Assembly: GCA_964016885.1 (NCBI GenBank)
Contig: OZ024747.1
Location: 44,454,001 to 44,518,000 of the forward strand
From: Eledone cirrhosa
Lineage: Eukaryota
Length of the DNA stretch: 64,000 nucleotides
Direction of reading: 5' to 3'
Part shown: piece after piece, positions 57,591 to 64,000 of the stretch
How positions within the stretch are numbered: the stretch's first letter is position 1
Layout of the letters: every line of letters begins with the position of its first letter
Made by a program: the position numbers and the translations under genes
The notes under the pieces: model-generated
The model's input: the letters and a program-made list of their open reading frames with translations, nothing else
Told to the model about the DNA's origin: nothing
The model's database searches: none

Positions 57591-58518
57591 ACTGAGGTAC
57601 ATACAGAGCAGGGCTATAAACAGCAGGAATACTGAGGTACATACAGAGCAGTGCTGTAGACAGCAGGAATACTGAGGTACATACAGAGCAGTGCTATAGA
57701 CAGCAGCAATACTGAGGTACATACAGAGCAGGGCTATAAACAGCAGGAATACTGAGGTACATACAGAACAGTGCTGTAGACAGCAGGAATACTGAGGTAC
57801 ATACAGAGCAGTGCTGTAGACAGCAGGAATACTGAGGTACATACAGAGCAGTGCTGTAGACAGTAGGAATACTGAGGTACATACAGTGCAGTGCTATAGA
57901 CAGCAGGAATACTGAGGTACATACAGAGCAGTGCTGTAGACAGCAGGAATACTGAGGTACATACAGAGCAGTGCTATAGACAGCAGGAATACTGAGGTAC
58001 ATACAGTGCAGTGCTATAGACAGTAGGAATACTGAGGCACATACAGTGCAGTGCTATAGACAGCAGGAATACTGAGGTACATACAGTGCAGTGCTGTAGA
58101 CAGCAGGAATACTGAGGTACATACAGTGCAGTGCTATAGACAGCAGGAATACTGAGGTACATACAGAGCAGTGCTGTAGACAGCAGGAATACTGAGGTAC
58201 ATACAGTGCAGTGCTATAGACAGTAGGAATACTGAGGTACATACAGTGCAGTGCTGTAGACAGCAGGAATACTGAGGTACATACAGTGCAGTGCTATATA
58301 GACAGCAGGAATACTGAGGTACATACAGTGCAGTGCTATAGACAGCAGGAATACTGAGGTACATACAGTGCAGTGCTGTAGACAGCAGGAATACTGAGGT
58401 ACATACAGTGCAGTGCTATAGACAGCAGGAATACTGAGGTACATACAGTGCAGTGCTATATAGACAGCAGGAATACTGAGGTACATACAGTGTAGTGCTA
58501 TAGACAGCAGGAATACTG
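57591..58518. repeat. 40-bp minisatellite, about 23 units; related 42-bp cluster at about 56685-56845
   Basis: actgaggtacatacagWgcagtgctRtagacagcaggaat. Confidence 0.98.
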
Positions 58519-59114
58519 TACAATTACTAAATGTTCTGTCAGTTTATAGTAGTAAGCTTGTGCGTTCTATTCTCTTTCTCTCTATATATATATCTCTTGG
58601 AAAAAAATTGTCTTTCTTGCTCTAGACACAATATATGGTTGGTACTCCACACTCCAGTAAGATGGTACTCCAACTTCCAGTAAGATGTGGGAATGTCCCT
58701 CTTATAATGATGAGGACCTGGCTATTATGCCATATTGATAAATTTACATGTATATGGCAGGCTTGGAAGTAAAATGTTGTTGTTCATGTTATCTGTTTAG
58801 CCGTAGAATTAAACAGACCTATAATCCAACTCTAACCACTCATGTTTTCAGGAAAAGTGTAACTAGGGCTGCATTATTGATTTTAAGGAGATTTGATTGT
58901 TATTCCTAGCAAGTCAAAAAACCTCAAAGAAATTCCTTCATTGGTTTGCTATTTCTCATAATTATGCCTTCAAATAAACTGAATTTATTTTGTAAATGAA
59001 AAACAAGGGAAAAAAGGTGATACCAAATGCTGTAATAACCAAGCACCTTCATGAGCCTTACCTGATACCGCAGTAAAGCGGAATGCCAACACTGAAAGCC
59101 GTATATATATATAT

Positions 59115-59305
59115 AATTGTTTCTATTTTAGGCACAAGGCCAGCAATTACCCAGTACATTACTGGTACTTTATTTTATCGACCCCGTAAGGATGAAAGGC
59201 AAAGTTAACCTCGGCGGGATTTGAACTCAGATCATAAAGGGACGTAACTCTATGCTTCACAGCATGGTGTCCGACTCTCTACCGATACTGCCAATCCACT
59301 GCCCT
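59115..59305 (-). mobile_element. tRNA-headed SINE with a MetaSINE-like central domain
   Basis: Minus strand has A-box-like tggcagtatcggtag, B-box gagttcaaatccc and gcctttcatccttacggggtcgataaaataaagtaccag. Other copies at about 8255-8465, 8470-8615, 16820-16960 (minus), 18297-18410 and 60626-60755. Confidence 0.8.
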
Positions 59306-61119
59306 GTATATATATATATAATGATGGTTGTTTATGATCTACATAAAAAATATTCCCTGTAGCTCAATAATTTGATGTGTGAAGATGAATACCTTAGTTA
59401 AACAGAAATTAGTCAGGATTTGTCTCAGAAAGATCTAGCTATAGAATACTGCCTCAGAAAATCTCATCCAATCCATGAAAAGGTCATGAAAATCTCATCT
59501 AAGCATGAAAAAGTGAGTGTAAAACAATGATGCACAAAAAATAGTCTTTACTTATTTATTTTCCCATAGTACTTTTGAAGAATAAATTTTCAGGTAATTC
59601 TCTTCCTTACAGAAAATGAATGGCACAAACTCCAAATACTCACATTTAGCTAGTTAAACTGAACCAAGTGGCTTACAAATTGACACAAAACAACTTATAA
59701 ACCTAATACATATAATCAGAGTCTGGAACCTTAATCAAGTATTGACCATAACTTTATTTCAGCCTTAAATAATTTCAGAAAGAAATTTATTGATACGAAA
59801 TGTTTAACAGATTAGAAGTTCTCTGCTAAACAATATATATATACTTAAAAAAAAACAGTGCTACCTCCACCACTAGCCAGCATTTTGATAAACCGATAAA
59901 AACAGCAATACTTAGCACTGTTTGCAAAAGTGTTTTATTTCAAATGATTTTGACATAGTTATAAGGAACAACTTTTATTTGACCTTCCTTTCACAATAGT
60001 AAAGTAATATTAATGCTGACAACTATCAGATATGAAAACATCAAAAGTCAAAGGCCTTTTGTCAGTATCTTTGCTATGATAGCATTGGTAGATGATAACC
60101 TTTAGCTCTGTTCGAAAATGTATGAATAATAATGGAAATATTTTTTAAAGTTATATTTTGAGGGAAGGGGGTGTGTCCACAACTGTCCCCCACCATAAAA
60201 GATATATCAATTTCATTTGCTATACAGATTATCATAAACCTTTTCATAACTATCTTTTCATGCTATTGTAGGTTGAATGGAGAAGCCAAACTGCTGAGTG
60301 AATAAGATGTTTGATAACCACCCACCTGCTCAAGTATTGTGAGTTCTAACCTGGTGCAGCTGTTTTGTTGTTTCTGGGAAGAACACTTAACATTATACGC
60401 TTCAGTTCATTGAACTGTTGCAAAGAACAGCCATAATATAGGCTAACATTCTTCAGAAGGCAAAAAAAAAAAGTAGTCCCAAAATACCATCTACAGAATA
60501 TTCTAATTTCCACAGTAGAAACCTTGCTGGGTTATATTAATGATGATCACATCATATTTACTACCTTAGAAATGAAAGAACTCATTGAACAATATAGTTC
60601 TTAATACACTAAATGAGGGGATTATGGCAGTTGATTTGGCAGAGTTGTTAGTGCAGTGGAAATGTTTTATGGATTTCTGTGTTCTGAGTTCAAATCCTGT
60701 TGAGGTCCACTTGGCTTTCTATCCTTTTGGGGTTTAGAAAGAAAGTACCAGCCTAGTGCTGGTGCAGCCCTCTCTCTTTCCAGTTATCATATCCTAGATA
60801 TTCTACTGGTTCAAGAAGGGAAAATCAAGTGGGTGTCTGCATCTGCTTGTGAATGCATGGCTCCTAAAACCCTTAACAAAAGCATGATGCATACTACCAT
60901 GTCATACTCGATTGATGGCTGTAGTAGATGGGTAGGTCATGGCTAGAATGCCATTCATTGATCATTAACTTGCTTGATCCAAGTTGAGCTAGAAAGAACA
61001 ACCACAACAACAATAGCAATATTTATCACCTTTCTAACATTTATTATTCAGGATAATGACAATTCATATTGACACAGTTTATTTTGGGTTCAATCAAGAT
61101 CAGAAATTTAGTCAGAGTT

Positions 61120-61390
61120 ATTCATCCTTTCATGATAATATTTTTAATGAAGAGACTGTCTATATTTAACCCTTTCATGATAATATTTCTAATCAGTAGA
61201 CTGTGTTTAATTAACCCTTTCATATTTATAATGAGTAGAGTGTCAACATATTTAACCCTTTCATGATATTTCTAATGAGTAGAGTGTCTATGTACGTAAC
61301 CCTTTCATGGCAATATTTCTCATAAGAAGACGGTCTATGTCTTTAATTAACCCTTTCATTGCTATATTTGTAATGAGGAGACTGTCTGTC
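61120..61390. repeat. About 43-bp tandem array derived from a MITE-A terminus
   Basis: ttaaccctttcatgataatatttctaatgagtagactgt, about 6 copies, running into a MITE-A copy. Confidence 0.8.
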
Positions 61391-62294
61391 ACTGAATAAT
61401 TACATATTAACTGTCTTAGACTGGACATCATTATCATTTTTGTCCTTTTGAAAAATGATTTTTTAAAACTAATTTTTTCCATTATTAATCTGGTATTTGA
61501 AAGCTAACTTATTAAAAAGTTCTTGATGGGTTTAAATTTAAACAAAGCTACTTTAAAACAGCTTTTATCACTGAACCATCTATTTATATCAAAAGGGTTA
61601 ATGTCTATCTTTCAATGCCAGCATGGGTTAGACTAATCTCTAAAACAATATATTTCTACCAATTTTTAATTTGATGTAAGTACACCATGTAAGGTGTAAT
61701 AGAAAAGGTGACCAGCTGTAGAAACTATGTCAAATAAGGGTCAAGCAGACTCTTCAGTTGTATCAAGAGCTTGCCACAACTATGGTAATAAGAAGGGTAT
61801 CCAGCCATAGAAAACTTGCTATACAAAGGATTGAGAGAACTCTTCAGTTGTGTCAAAGATACAACAGCCTCCCTAGTACTTTCAAGATTATACAATGATA
61901 AAAATACTTGAAAACAAAAAACAGAATTAAAATAATGAAAGAAAATAGAGAAAAAATGTGGCAGAAAAAAGTTAAATGTGGAAAAAGTAGAAGGGCAATA
62001 GAAGGGCAAACTCTACAACCCCAGGTAGGTGGTATATCTCAGCTGTACCTCTCAGACAAGATGGAGAAAGCATTGCCATGGAGAACAGCCAGCAACACCA
62101 ACTGTATCCTTTTTTAAAGATTGTTTTCAGATCTGTGAGTGAGGTGTTTGTTTAAATAGTAGGTTTTATAATAGGTGAATAATATACTTTAACAAAGTCC
62201 CTATTGACAGAAACCATCCTATTTTTAGAAAAGAGCTTTAAGAATGCAAACCATTTGTACTAAAGAGTTATAGCTTCATCATTTTTTTTATATT

Positions 62295-62540
62295 TAAATT
62301 AAATTCCATCCTTATCACTAAAAAGCAAGTCTCTTTCTAGGCAAGATAGGAATTTGTTATTTTCCCATAACCTTGGAGATATTATTACAGAGATAGTATT
62401 GGCATAGATCCATGGAGGAGGAAAATTGGCTGAATAACAACTGAATTGGAATAGTTTGGTGAATAATGCAGCAAGGTGAGCAGCAATAGTTGTCAGTACA
62501 TTTCTGCTGGGTACATTATATGACTTGTTCAAAGTTTCAA
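62295..62540 (-). mobile_element. CR1/Jockey-group LINE RT N-terminal fragment
   Basis: NVPSRNVLTTIAAHLAALFTKLFQFSCYSANFPPPWIYANTISV resembles the D.IP..VLK..A..L...L..LF..S...G.FP..WK.A.V motif. Confidence 0.65.
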
Positions 62541-63525
62541 GTGCAAACAGAGTCTTATGAGTCTCTTACTAAATAAAATGTGTGATGAAGGGTGACAATT
62601 AATGTTAGAAAGTACAGTGAGGTGCAGAGAGAGATAGTATGTAAAAGAGAGAGAGAGAGAGCATGTAAGAGAGAATGAGAAAGAGAGGGAGGTGGATGTA
62701 TTGGCTTTGGCAGCATTTGTAAATTATGGTTTACAGAAAGTGATTATTATTGGGAACAAAGTGCAATTTTCAGTCAATGCATTTAACACATGAATAGAAA
62801 ACACTGATGCTGTTCTGATGTACTAAAGGGCTCCTGGATATTCTCCGGATAAATGTGTTGTATTTCAGGTGAGTGGCTACATACCTTGATCAAAACAGTA
62901 TTTAGAAGATGTACAATCCCTGCCTCACAATGTAATAACAGATTTCTTCACTTTGGGTTTAACCTGTACTTGAGACAGATGTAACATACAAAATGGTGTT
63001 AATTATAAAATAAAATAATATGATATAAATTCATTTTATGCTACAAAACAAAAATATTGTTCAAAATAAAATCATTTGGCAAATAAAAGTTGTTCCAATA
63101 ACCATAAGGTTTCACCACATTTTATGTACTTCAGATATGTAAAAATGTTTGGCAAAGTATGTATATATACACATGCACACACACACATATATGTGTGTGT
63201 GTATGTATATATGTATGTATACATATGTGTGTATGTATATATATATATATGGGTCTGTGTTAGTCTGCATGTGTCTGTGTGTATATATAAATATATATAT
63301 ATATATATATTTATTTAAGTTTAAGTAAAGAATTTCTGCTTTCACCCTTAATGGGATCTTCTCATCTTATCGAGCCCTCTTCGGATTGTAGTCTTTACAT
63401 TTATTATTATTACTATATATATATATATAAATGAAGTATTTCCATAAGAAAAGTAAAGGAAAAGAGAGTGCTCTATGTAGGCTACAGAGCTATTTAGTTA
63501 TGTAATAAACAACATAAGATAATTA

Positions 63526-63598
63526 TTTCATTTACCAAAGGTTTCACGAAGACAGACGAGCCTGACACAGACGTCTGACTTCGGTCGTCAGAATAAAA
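63526..63598 (-). ncRNA. Type I hammerhead ribozyme motif
   Basis: UUUUAUU-CUGACGA-C-CGAAG-U-CAGACG...CGUCUG-U-CUUCG-U-GAAA-CC-UUU-GG-UA-AAUGAAA. 7-bp stem I, long stem II, GUA triplet. Confidence 0.8.
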
Positions 63599-63629
63599 TG
63601 TGTGTGTGTGCGTGTGTGTGTGTCTAACA

Positions 63630-64000
63630 ATCAGGATTTAAGATACAATTTCCAGTAAGAAAGCTATAGAATGCTGACAAAGACTAAGATCCTAGTAAGT
63701 AGAAGGGAAAACAGAGCCCTGATTCCCACAGAGATGGGATGGGCACTGTGTGCTGAGGACTTACTAAGATTGAAAAGAAATGAAGCTTGCATGCTTCGAT
63801 GGATGTGTAATAGTAATATACATGAACAGCCAAAGCATAAACGAACTGAGAGAGAAACTAGGCATAAGAGGACTCAGGTGCATTGGTATGGACATGTGAT
63901 GCATATGAAGGGTGACAGCTGTATAAAAAGATGCAGAGTGCTCAGAGTTGATGGAGGCTAAGAAGAAGGAAGAGCCCAAAAGATTTGGGATGAGGTGATA
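63630..64000 (+). mobile_element. Decayed RTE LINE fragment running off the window
   Basis: RLKRNEACMLRWMCN...HWYGHVMHMKGDSCIKRC..VDG. Confidence 0.85.

Noticed and set aside
57394-58486. Cys-rich ORFs (YVPQYSCCLQHCSVC)
   Set aside because: The 40-bp unit shifts frame at every copy and hits regular stops.
59200-59305. tRNA gene
   Set aside because: The A/B boxes belong to SINE heads and there is no cloverleaf.

Overview
Very AT-rich, microsatellite-saturated metazoan DNA. The SINE, RTE and Penelope content and the (TA)n density suggest a coleoid cephalopod such as Octopus, but that is an inference. Nearly all ORFs in the supplied track are artefacts of (TA)n/(CA)n repeats. The window is mostly intronic or intergenic, with decayed non-LTR retrotransposons (RTE, CRE-like, L1/Tx1-like, CR1/Jockey-like), tRNA-headed SINEs, two TTAA-flanked piggyBac-type MITE families and several minisatellites. 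Two things stand out. (1) A 2.1-kb array of 36/27-bp units at 43.4-45.5 kb has a minus-strand frame open for 708 codons, encoding about 60 copies of GHIPGIHTT(DAT). Unit-to-unit variation is enriched for synonymous changes in that frame, so it is a candidate His/Thr-rich structural protein exon. It is preceded by a single in-frame UGA that sits in a small hairpin. (2) There is a dense set of type I hammerhead ribozyme motifs (about 10.1, 20.8/20.9, 26.6, 39.0, 49.3 and 63.5 kb) in short Penelope-like fragments next to (TA)n or (CA)n tracts. Several fragments are fold-back structures whose inversion point falls at or inside the ribozyme. All calls were made by eye, and repeat boundaries are approximate.
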